From an uncultured Clostridia bacterium (GTDB lineage: Bacteria; Bacillota; Clostridia; Christensenellales; UBA1242), in the NCBI GenBank assembly GCA_930971385.1, contig CAKNGB010000003.1, positions 21,233-85,232 on the forward strand: DNA of 64,000 nucleotides. The letters are read 5' to 3'. The notes beneath the pieces were generated by a model. That model was given only the letters and a program-made list of their open reading frames with translations, did not search any database and was not told the origin of the DNA. How positions within the stretch are numbered: position 1 is the first letter of the stretch; each line of letters begins with the position of its first letter. A program made the position numbers and the translations under genes. Below are positions 27,858 to 35,987 of the stretch, in pieces.

Positions 27858-30341
27858 ATGTTTGATTGGATTGGCGATTTTTTCGGCGAACTTTTCAGCT
27901 TAATACCAAAGGTTATTTACTTTTTATACGCCTCCTTTATCAGTTTAATCGATTTAATTCAACTTTTGTTCCGTAAACTTGCGGGACTTGATGTTTATTA
28001 TATTGATGGAGATCCTGTGACGGGCGACATTGTCACCAACTTTATTCAAGGTATTCTTGGCATAAACATGGGCTCGGCTTCAGACACCATGGATTATAGT
28101 CCTCTTGTCACTGTTTTTTGGTCGTTTGTTATTTTTGGTGTTATTGTGTGCTTTGTTGCCACCCTTGTTGCCATTGTGAAAAGCCATTATTCTTATAACG
28201 AAAAGTCGGCGAAAGGACCTCTTCCAATCGTGGCAACGGCAGGCAAGGCGCTTGTCAACATTTTTATTGTGCCAATTATCATTGTTTTTGGGCTTTGGCT
28301 TAGTCAAGCAATTTTAACCGCACTTGACGACATCACAACAACAGGAAGTTCAGATATTGAATCGTTGTATGGCGACCGAACTGACATTTTGCAAACAGCC
28401 ACTCGAGAAGACGGTTCAGAAACCTACATATATTACGACATATTTGGCTTCAGCGGAAATGTTGTTTACGGCGAGCGTGAGGCGCTTGGAAATATTGCTG
28501 ACTGGATAAACAACACCTTTGATGCAAACTTGCCAACTGAAATTGACTATGCCAAAATTGCGGCAAACTCTCAGCCTTTCTCGGGCTCAATATTCAAGGT
28601 GGCGGCGTATAACGCTAACCGCGTGAGAAATAATGAATATGTTTCGGATAGCGTTCCAATCACAATCACTGGCTATCATGATGACATGAACCTTTTTAAC
28701 AATGCAAATGGTGACCCTGTTGTGCTTGCGGATATGATTGACACGGCTTTTGCCAACTTCTTACACCTAGATAAAGGTTATCAAATGATATATGATGGCG
28801 ATATTGATCCGGGTGATGTTGCTTATGCAATAAACTATTTAAGTGTTGACCGCTATTTCACGATGTTCTCAACAAACGCCATTTCGTCGTTCTCGAAATT
28901 TAATGTCGGGCTTGTTTGGTATTACTATAACTTGTGGCAATTCAATTTTATTGTCGGATTTGGTGCGGCGATAATAGCCATCTCACTGTTTATTAATTTG
29001 ATTTTCGGGCTTATGGTGCGTTTCTTCTTATGTATCATTTTGTTCCTTGTTATGCCACCGCTTGCCGGACTTGCTCCACTTGACGAAGGGAAAGCCTTTG
29101 GACAGTGGCGAACAACTTTCATTAAACAGGTGATAATTGCCTATGCGGCCGTCGTCGGAATGAATTTGGTGCTTATCTTACTGCCGTATATCAACAAAAT
29201 CGACTTTTTCGACATTGTAATTGCTGACTTAGTCGTTCAAACCTTGTTTATAATTGTGGGCTTGGTTGCCATTAAAAATGTTATCAATGTGCTTTCACAG
29301 GTTATTGGCTCGGATGATTTAAGAGCGCAAGGTGATTCCGTGGCAAGTGAAGTTAAATCCACAGTCGGAAAAGCTACCTTAATGACTGCGGGTGCAGCAA
29401 AATTAGGTGGCAAGGCATTTGCAAACTTAACAGGCGTTGGCATTGCAGGTCAACTTGCAGGAAGAGGTCTCAGAAAAGCAGGTAAAAAGATTGGCGATTG
29501 GGTTGGTAGAGGCGATAGCAAAGCCGCTCGATTTGTCGGACAAGCACAGGGATTTTTAAAAGGTGGAGTGGCAGGACGTAACGCAGTTAGAGATATGCAA
29601 CAAGCACAACTTGCCCAAAGAAGTGCTAAAGCTGATGAAGATATTGCTAAACGTCAAGAAGAAGCTTTAAGAAGGAATCGTGATTATATACAAGGAACAA
29701 AATCGGATATTCTCAACTCATTTAATGGTAAAAACAATGTAAGTGAAGCACAATTAAGAGAAGAAGCTATAAACAGAGGACTTAGTGAAGCAGATGCTGC
29801 AAGCTTTGCACGCGAGGCGTTCCAGTCAGGTGGTGGTAAATTTATGGGTGCTGCAGCATCAGCTAGAGTAAGAGCCGCAGATACAGGTTATGACGCATTC
29901 ATAAGATCTCATGGCAATAGTTACAGCAAAGCCTTAACAGCATTTAATGATATTAATGCAAGAATAGCTGGCTCCAGAAGATTACAGGGCAATGCAAGAG
30001 ATGCTCAGGACGCAGCAGTTGAAAGATATAAAATTGCAAACGGGCATTTGGTTGATTCATATGAGAAGGGCGGTGTTGTTGGTGGAATTTTAGGTGGCAT
30101 GGGTTCAACATTTACTGGCGTTGGCAAACAGATGATGGACAACTATAAGACCATGGCAAACACTGGAATGAAAGAATTTATGGAAGAGTCAAAGCTTACA
30201 CAAAAAACAGATTGGGCTAAAGAAACGGCTCAAAATGTGAATCTTACGAATAAACATATGGCAAACCTTGCAAGACAAGAAGAAGAAACTCAACAACTTT
30301 TGAGACAGTTATATAATGAGTTTAGACGCAATAATCCATAA
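27858..30341 (+). CDS. large polytopic membrane protein with a ~330-aa A/G/K/R/Q-rich helical C-terminal tail; unknown family
   Basis: 827 aa with at least 8 predicted TM segments. The tail starts GKATLMTAGAAKLGGKAFANLTGVGIAGQLAGRGLRKAGKK. RBS AGGAGG. Confidence 0.75.
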   Translation: MFDWIGDFFGELFSLIPKVIYFLYASFISLIDLIQLLFRKLAGLDVYYIDGDPVTGDIVTNFIQGILGINMGSASDTMDYSPLVTVFWSFVIFGVIVCFVATLVAIVKSHYSYNEKSAKGPLPIVATAGKALVNIFIVPIIIVFGLWLSQAILTALDDITTTGSSDIESLYGDRTDILQTATREDGSETYIYYDIFGFSGNVVYGEREALGNIADWINNTFDANLPTEIDYAKIAANSQPFSGSIFKVAAYNANRVRNNEYVSDSVPITITGYHDDMNLFNNANGDPVVLADMIDTAFANFLHLDKGYQMIYDGDIDPGDVAYAINYLSVDRYFTMFSTNAISSFSKFNVGLVWYYYNLWQFNFIVGFGAAIIAISLFINLIFGLMVRFFLCIILFLVMPPLAGLAPLDEGKAFGQWRTTFIKQVIIAYAAVVGMNLVLILLPYINKIDFFDIVIADLVVQTLFIIVGLVAIKNVINVLSQVIGSDDLRAQGDSVASEVKSTVGKATLMTAGAAKLGGKAFANLTGVGIAGQLAGRGLRKAGKKIGDWVGRGDSKAARFVGQAQGFLKGGVAGRNAVRDMQQAQLAQRSAKADEDIAKRQEEALRRNRDYIQGTKSDILNSFNGKNNVSEAQLREEAINRGLSEADAASFAREAFQSGGGKFMGAAASARVRAADTGYDAFIRSHGNSYSKALTAFNDINARIAGSRRLQGNARDAQDAAVERYKIANGHLVDSYEKGGVVGGILGGMGSTFTGVGKQMMDNYKTMANTGMKEFMEESKLTQKTDWAKETAQNVNLTNKHMANLARQEEETQQLLRQLYNEFRRNNP

Positions 30342-30429
30342 AAATTAAGAGGAAAGAGGCAACTCTTTCTTCTTCTTTCATCTTGACAAAACAAGGTTTA
30401 AGTGCTATCATAATATATATGGAGGCGAT

Positions 30430-30687
30430 ATGAAAGGCTTTTTTAAATTACTTAAAGATTTTGCAACTGGAACCTTGGAAATTTTTAAAATTGGATATAG
30501 CGACGCTCTGAAACCATTCACAAATGAGTTAACGGAAGAGGAAAATTATCAAAAACAAACCGCAGAAAACACAGCGAAGATGAATAAAAGTTTAAAGAGA
30601 ACGGAAGAAGAGAAGGCAGAAATGCTTAAAGCCTTAAATGATTGGCAAAAAAACCGCATGAAAGACCTTAAAAACCTTGAAAGATAA
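30430..30687 (+). CDS. small charged coiled-coil protein, unknown function
   Basis: 85 aa, RBS GGAGG, followed by a terminator. Confidence 0.6.
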   Translation: MKGFFKLLKDFATGTLEIFKIGYSDALKPFTNELTEEENYQKQTAENTAKMNKSLKRTEEEKAEMLKALNDWQKNRMKDLKNLER

Positions 30688-30710
30688 AGAGCGATTAAAA
30701 GGTTAAACAA

Positions 30711-30746
30711 GGACATATTGAAATGAAGTCAATATGTTCTTTTTTT
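30711..30746 (+). terminator. rho-independent terminator
   Basis: GGACATATTGA-aatgaag-TCAATATGTTC followed by TTTTTTT. Confidence 0.75.
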
Positions 30747-30913
30747 CGCCGTTTTGAAGTTTTGCGAAAAGATTTATTCTCTTTTTCGAAAGATAAAGTT
30801 TGTGCATTTTGTTATTAATATATAACTTGATTTCGGGCGTATCGCTAAGTCAGACTTTTTGAAAAATATTTTGAAAATTAAAAAACAATTTTTTAAGAAA
30901 ATTTTTTGAAAAA

Positions 30914-30966
30914 ACACAACATCTTGTGATTTTTGTTTGACTTGAACACTATATATATTGTAAAAT
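30914..30966 (+). promoter_or_regulatory. tandem NrdR boxes overlapping the nrdDG promoter
   Basis: Box 1 ACACAACATCTTGTGA (30914-30929) matches 13/16 of the consensus acaCwAtATaTwGtgt. Box 2 ACACTATATATATTGT (30946-30961) matches 15/16. They are separated by a 16-bp gap (32 bp start to start). TTGACT at 30937-30942 and TAAAAT at 30961-30966 form the candidate promoter. Confidence 0.7.
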
Positions 30967-31001
30967 GGAAATGAAAACTTGTTGACAGGAGGGATAAAAA
31001 A

Positions 31002-33161
31002 ATGCAAGTTGTTAAAAGAAATGGAAATATTGTTGACTTCGACCAAACAAAAATCGAAAATGCCATTTCAAAAGCCAATAATGAGGTTTCCGAGAAGGAA
31101 AGAGCAACAGAAAAGGAAATTCAGGAGATTATCCAAAGCATTCTCGCTCTTAAAAAGAAAAGAATTCTTGTTGAGGACATTCAGGACTTTATCGAAGAAA
31201 AACTTATGGCGTATGGGCATTATGAACTTGCAAAAAAGTATATTATTTATAGATACACTCGTGCGCTTGTCAGAAAGGCGAACACCACCGACCAAACCAT
31301 TAAAGAACTTATCGACGGCGAAAGTGAGTATTGGAACACCGAAAACTCCAACAAGAACGCTAGGATTGTCACCACTCAAAGAGATTATCTTGCAGGCATC
31401 ACCAGCACTGATATAACAAGAAGATTTTTGCTTCCAGAGGATGTTGTTAAGGCACATGACGAGGGCATTATTCACTTCCACGACGCCGACTATTTCGCAC
31501 AAAACGCTCTTCACAACTGCGATTTGATAAACTTGGAGGATATGCTTCAAAACGGCACCAACATTAATGGCGTTATGATTGAAAAACCTCACAAATTTTT
31601 GACTGCCATGACCATTGCCACACAGATTATTACGGCAGTTTCGTCAAGTCAATATGGCGGTGCAACTGTCACCATGACACATCTTGCGCCATTTGTGAGA
31701 GATAGTTATAATAAGTATTTGGCAATGTATCGCGCACGCAAACTTAAAGAGGAAGATTGCGTTAAGTTCGCCAAAGAGGATTTGGCACGAGAAATTCGCG
31801 ATGGCGTGCAAACATTCCAATATCAAGTGAACTCCATGACCACCACCAACGGACAAGCGCCATTTTTAAGTGTATGCCTATATCTTGGCGAAACGGAAGA
31901 GTATAAAGAAGAACTTGCCATGATTATTGAAGAGGTTTTGAAACAGAGAATTCAGGGTATGAAAAACGAAAAAGGCGTTTACATAACCCCAGCGTTCCCA
32001 AAACTTCTGTATGTTTTGGAAGAAGATAACATCCATGAAAACAGCAAATATTGGTATCTAACTAAACTCGCTGCCGAATGCACAGCAAAAAGAATGGTGC
32101 CAGATTATATCTCTGAAAAGATGATGTTAAAATATAAAATTGATAAAAATGGCAACGGAAATTGCTATCCTTGCATGGGATGTCGTTCCTTCCTCACGCC
32201 ATATGTTGACCCTAAAACCAACAAACCAAAATATTACGGCAGATTTAACCAAGGCGTTGTCACAATCAATCTTGTTGATGTTGCTCTTTCTTCCAATAAA
32301 GACTTCGACGACTTCTGGAAGATTTACGAAGATAGGTTGGAACTATGCCATAAAGCCTTGAAAATTAGGCATGAAAGACTTTCCAAAATCACAAGCGATG
32401 TTGCACCAATTTTGTGGCAGTATGGCGCACTTGCAAGGCTCAAAAAAGGCGAAAGCGTGCATCCACTTCTGCATGGCGGATATTCCACAATTTCGCTTGG
32501 ATATGCAGGGCTTTATGAATGTGTTAAATATATGACTGGCCACAGCCACACCGATAACGGCAAGGGCAAACAGTTTGCTTTGGAAGTTATGCAAAAACTT
32601 AACGATAAGTGCAAAGAGTGGAAGGAAGCGGAAGATATTGACTACAGCGTTTACGGCACACCAATCGAGTCAACAACATATAAATTTGCAAAGTGCTTGA
32701 AAAAGCGTTTCGGCGTTGTGAAAGGAGTGACGGACAAGGACTATATCACAAACTCCTATCATGTTCCTGTGTTTGAAGAAATCGATGCCTTTTCAAAACT
32801 TAAACTTGAAAGCGAATTCCAGCGTTTAAGCCCGGGCGGTGCAGTTTCCTATGTGGAAACACCAAATCTTCAAAATAACTTGGAAGTTGTTTTGCAAGTT
32901 ATCAAGTTTATTTACGACAACATCATGTATGCCGAACTTAACACAAAATCTGACTATTGCCAAAAATGTGGCTATTCCGGCGAAATTTTAATCGACGACA
33001 ATTTGGAATGGTATTGCCCAAACTGTGGCAACCGCGACCATAACACCTTGAATGTGGCAAGAAGAACTTGTGGCTACATCGGCACAAACTTCTGGAATAA
33101 AGGCAGAACTCAGGAAATTAAGGAAAGAGTTTTGCATATCGACAATAAGGACGACGAATAG
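31002..33161 (+). CDS. nrdD: anaerobic ribonucleoside-triphosphate reductase (class III)
   Basis: N-terminal ATP-cone (VVKRNGNIVDFDQTKI), a C-terminal Zn ribbon (CxxC...CxxC) and the glycyl-radical motif RRTCGYIG. Confidence 0.95.
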   Translation: MQVVKRNGNIVDFDQTKIENAISKANNEVSEKERATEKEIQEIIQSILALKKKRILVEDIQDFIEEKLMAYGHYELAKKYIIYRYTRALVRKANTTDQTIKELIDGESEYWNTENSNKNARIVTTQRDYLAGITSTDITRRFLLPEDVVKAHDEGIIHFHDADYFAQNALHNCDLINLEDMLQNGTNINGVMIEKPHKFLTAMTIATQIITAVSSSQYGGATVTMTHLAPFVRDSYNKYLAMYRARKLKEEDCVKFAKEDLAREIRDGVQTFQYQVNSMTTTNGQAPFLSVCLYLGETEEYKEELAMIIEEVLKQRIQGMKNEKGVYITPAFPKLLYVLEEDNIHENSKYWYLTKLAAECTAKRMVPDYISEKMMLKYKIDKNGNGNCYPCMGCRSFLTPYVDPKTNKPKYYGRFNQGVVTINLVDVALSSNKDFDDFWKIYEDRLELCHKALKIRHERLSKITSDVAPILWQYGALARLKKGESVHPLLHGGYSTISLGYAGLYECVKYMTGHSHTDNGKGKQFALEVMQKLNDKCKEWKEAEDIDYSVYGTPIESTTYKFAKCLKKRFGVVKGVTDKDYITNSYHVPVFEEIDAFSKLKLESEFQRLSPGGAVSYVETPNLQNNLEVVLQVIKFIYDNIMYAELNTKSDYCQKCGYSGEILIDDNLEWYCPNCGNRDHNTLNVARRTCGYIGTNFWNKGRTQEIKERVLHIDNKDDE

Positions 33162-33166
33162 AAATT

Positions 33167-33670
33167 ATGAGATACAACAAAATTAGAAAAATGGACATTT
33201 CAAACGGCCCGGGCGTTCGAGTTTCGCTTTTTGTTCAGGGTTGCACTTTCAACTGCAAAAACTGCTTTAATCCTGAAACTCACGACTTTAACGGCGGAAA
33301 AGAATTTACTGATGAAACCATAAATCATATTTTGGAACTATGCGCCAATGAAAATGTGGAAGGGCTTTCCATTTTGGGTGGCGAGCCTATGCATCCAAAA
33401 AACATCGATGCTGTCACAAAACTTGCCAAAGCGTTTAAACAGCGCTTTCCTGAAAAAAATTTGTGGGCATGGACGGGGTTTTTATTCGACAACTATCTAA
33501 AAGACAAGGAAATTGCCAAATACCTTGATGTTGTGGTGGACGGGCAATATATGGACGAACTGCACAATTTCACGCTCATGTGGCGAGGCTCTTCCAACCA
33601 AAGAGTGATTGATGTGCCAAAGTCGCTGAAAGAAAATAAAGTTATTTTGCTTGCTGGAAATAACAACTAA
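33167..33670 (+). CDS. nrdG: anaerobic RNR activating radical-SAM protein
   Basis: CxxxCxxC cluster (GCTFNCKNC) and LSILGGEP. Confidence 0.92.
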   Translation: MRYNKIRKMDISNGPGVRVSLFVQGCTFNCKNCFNPETHDFNGGKEFTDETINHILELCANENVEGLSILGGEPMHPKNIDAVTKLAKAFKQRFPEKNLWAWTGFLFDNYLKDKEIAKYLDVVVDGQYMDELHNFTLMWRGSSNQRVIDVPKSLKENKVILLAGNNN

Positions 33671-33697
33671 AAATTTAAATCTCTATTGCGAGGAAAT

Positions 33698-34144
33698 ATG
33701 AATTATATTGATGTTAAAATTAAAAAATTAAATGATAAAGCAATCATTCCAACCTATGGAAGTGAGTTTTCGGCAGGTGCTGATTTATATGCTTGCCTCA
33801 ATGACGATGTGGAAATTTCACCAAACGAAACCAAATTCATTAAAACTGGCATTTCAGTGGAAATTCCAGAGGGATTTGTTCTTCTTGTGTTCGCGCGTTC
33901 TGGACTCAGTTGCAAGCAGGGCTTAGCACCAGCAAATAAGGTGGGAGTTGTTGACTCTGACTACCGCGGTGAGGTGGTGGTTGTGCTTCACAATCATTCC
34001 ACGGAAACAAGAAAGATATCGCATGGCGACAGAATTGCCCAAATGGTTATTGTGCCATATTTCAAAGCGAATTTTGAAGAGGTCACCACTCTTTCTTCCA
34101 CTGTGCGTGGCGAAGGTGGTTTTGGCTCGACTGGAAAAAAGTAA
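33698..34144 (+). CDS. dut: dUTP diphosphatase
   Basis: GSEFSAGADLYA, ARSGLS, VDSDYRGEV, GDRIAQ and RGEGGFGSTG motifs. ATG 33698 behind GAGGAA is preferred over the TTG at 33686. Confidence 0.93.
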   Translation: MNYIDVKIKKLNDKAIIPTYGSEFSAGADLYACLNDDVEISPNETKFIKTGISVEIPEGFVLLVFARSGLSCKQGLAPANKVGVVDSDYRGEVVVVLHNHSTETRKISHGDRIAQMVIVPYFKANFEEVTTLSSTVRGEGGFGSTGKK

Positions 34145-34163
34145 AATTTTGTGTATGAAAAAA

Positions 34164-34190
34164 AGACTTTTCAATCGAAAAGCCTTTTTT
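34164..34190. terminator. terminator hairpin between convergent genes
   Basis: AGACTTTTC-aatc-GAAAAGCCT followed by a T-run. Confidence 0.6.
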
Positions 34191-34199
34191 ATTTTTTTA

Positions 34200-34700
34200 C
34201 TATTTATTTTCTTCTTGTTTTTCTTCTTTACTTTCTGCTTTAACTTCCGCAACTTGACTTACTTGTGGTGCGTTCATTTCTTTTTTGTTCAAAACAATTG
34301 CCACAATGATAAGCACAGCACTTGCAATAAAGCCAAGCAAGCAGATGACTGATAACGCATCAACTTCACTAAACAATCCAATCAAAATCAAAAATCCAAG
34401 AATGAAATTGAATACAGCAACTGTTATTGGCATTCCTTTTTTGTTTGCAAAGGTCTGAGTGTCCATTTTAAGTCTGGTGAAACTAATTCCTGTGAAAATA
34501 ATTCCAAGAATGCCAAAGATAACCATAAGCACAATCATACCAATAGTTATCATGCCCGCAGTTTCAAACACTGGATCTCCTGTTCCCATCATGCCAAACA
34601 CTGCCATCATACTAACAAAGGATGAAACGGTGTAGTAAACAAACAGAACCATACTTAAAATAAGACCGATAAGCAAGCAAATTTTTGATGAACTTTTCAT
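34200..34700 (-). CDS. hypothetical 4-TM membrane protein with an acidic/lysine-rich tail
   Basis: 166 aa. RBS GGAGGT. Confidence 0.6.
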   Translation of the reverse strand: MKSSSKICLLIGLILSMVLFVYYTVSSFVSMMAVFGMMGTGDPVFETAGMITIGMIVLMVIFGILGIIFTGISFTRLKMDTQTFANKKGMPITVAVFNFILGFLILIGLFSEVDALSVICLLGFIASAVLIIVAIVLNKKEMNAPQVSQVAEVKAESKEEKQEENK

Positions 34701-34829
34701 TTTTACCTCCTTAAATAGTATATTATCAAAAAGAAAATTTTAAGTCAACAAAATAATTAAAAAAAATTAATTAAATTTTTTATAGTATAATAATAGGCTT
34801 GAGTAAATTATATTGAAAGTAAAAATCTT

Positions 34830-35252
34830 AAAGTGGACGAGTTAAGTTGGTGAAAAGATATGAAAAAAATTATATGCGAGTTGACCGCATTTTTTAACTA
34901 TAACTTTTCTTTTTTATTTAAAAATATTTTAAAGAAAATAAATATAAAAACAAAAACCAATTAAGTCACGACTGGCTCGCCAGCGGAGTTGTGTTTAACC
35001 ATGGAAAATGTATTAAATTTTAACCACAACTTTTATTTCTTCTTTCTTATTTTTTATTTCAAAATATTTTAGAAGAAAATAGTTATAAAATTCAAAACCA
35101 ATCAAGTCACGACTGGCTCGCCAGCACAGCGCGAGTTGCGCTTGGCCGTGGAAAAGAAAACATTTACAAAACTCTAGATATTTTAACCACAACTTTTATT
35201 TCTTCTTTCTTATTTTTTATTTCAAAATATTTTAGAAGAAAATATTTTGTTT
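34830..35252. repeat. degenerate tandem array (unit ~140-165 bp, ~3.5 copies) abutting attL
   Basis: A perfect 65-bp direct repeat occurs at 35017-35081 and 35180-35244. A 32-bp repeat with 1 mismatch occurs at 34953-34984 and 35094-35125. Progressively decayed copies lie further left (cgagtt-containing hairpin words at ~34846, 34877, 34985, 35131). Confidence 0.85.
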
Positions 35253-35268
35253 TGGTGGTGATAGCTGG
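35253..35268. repeat. attL core (copy of the tRNA-Met 3' end)
   Basis: Identical to 46631-46646. Its reverse complement is CCAGCTATCACCACCA, i.e. T-stem, acceptor and CCA. Confidence 0.85.
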
Positions 35269-35318
35269 GGTAGAATAATAATCGCTAGACAATCGTAAAA
35301 TAAAGAAAAGTAGATTTT

Positions 35319-35345
35319 TTTGACTAAACTTTTGACTAAACTTTT
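35319..35345. repeat. 27-bp internal direct repeat, left copy (candidate integrase arm-type sites)
   Basis: TTTGACTAAACTTTTGACTAAACTTTT, identical to 46494-46520. It is itself 2 x TGACTAAACTTTT. Confidence 0.8.
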
Positions 35346-35379
35346 TTAACAAAAATAAATAGAGGGACTCGCCCTCTAT

Positions 35380-35754
35380 TTATTCTTTATCAGACCTTCT
35401 TTCCACTATTCCAACAGATACTGCTAAAGCAATATCAATCTTCTTTAAAATATCTGGACCTACATTTCCTATTTTTGTTTTTAATCGACTTTTATCTAAA
35501 GTCCTTATTTGCTCTAAGAGAATGATTGAGTCCTCTAATAAATTACAATCTTTCGAAAAAAGTTTAACATGAGTTGGCAATTCTACTTTTTTAATATTTG
35601 ATGTTATTGCAGAAACTACAACAGTTGGCGAAAATTTATTTCCCACATTATTTTGAATTACAACAACTGGACGATAACCACTTTGTTCACTACCTACATT
35701 TTGACCTAAATCACATAAATAAATATCTCCACGTTCAATCATACTTAATTCCAC
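35380..35754 (-). CDS. mazF: MazF/PemK (EndoA-type) endoribonuclease toxin
   Basis: RGDIYLCDLGQNVGSEQSGYRPVVVIQNNVGNKFSPTVVVSAITSNIKKVELPTHV...ILLEQIRTLDKSRL aligns closely, by eye, with B. subtilis EndoA. A hairpin terminator lies at 35354-35382. Confidence 0.92.
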   Translation of the reverse strand: MELSMIERGDIYLCDLGQNVGSEQSGYRPVVVIQNNVGNKFSPTVVVSAITSNIKKVELPTHVKLFSKDCNLLEDSIILLEQIRTLDKSRLKTKIGNVGPDILKKIDIALAVSVGIVERRSDKE

Positions 35755-35987
35755 CTTTTTCTAGGTTTATAATAATAATTAGCAATCTGTTTATTTTTAC
35801 TTTGTTTTTCCATTTCAAACTGTTTGTTTAATTCCAAATATCTTAATCTACAGGTCTTTATATATTCCAACATTTTTAATTTCTCTTCATCAGTGTATTG
35901 TAAAAACAAAATCTTATCTAATAACTCTAATATAGATTTTTCTTCCAAGTTCATTTTTTGTTTTATAGATAATGTTTTTTCTTTCAT
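35745..35987 (-). CDS. putative cognate antitoxin (possibly RHH-like), non-canonical sequence
   Basis: 80 aa. Overlaps mazF by 10 nt and overlaps the Rep stop by 4 nt. An N-terminal TLSIKQKMNLEEKSILELLDKI could form a strand-helix. Confidence 0.55.
   Translation of the reverse strand: MKEKTLSIKQKMNLEEKSILELLDKILFLQYTDEEKLKMLEYIKTCRLRYLELNKQFEMEKQSKNKQIANYYYKPRKRWN

Noticed and set aside
30979-31592. 145-aa plus-strand ORF (30979-31416) and 174-aa minus-strand ORF (31068-31592)
   Set aside because: Both overlap nrdD in alternative or antisense frames, and the nrdD frame is validated by its ATP-cone and glycyl-radical motifs.
33923-34352. 109-aa minus-strand and 134-aa plus-strand ORFs spanning the dut / membrane-protein junction
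   Set aside because: They overlap the validated dut frame, the terminator and the 166-aa membrane-protein frame, and their translations are poly-K/poly-F artefacts of A/T runs.
34830-35252. Tandem repeats as a CRISPR array
   Set aside because: The units are ~140-165 bp and mutually homologous along their whole length. There is no alternation of 25-40-bp repeats with unique spacers, and no cas genes in the window.
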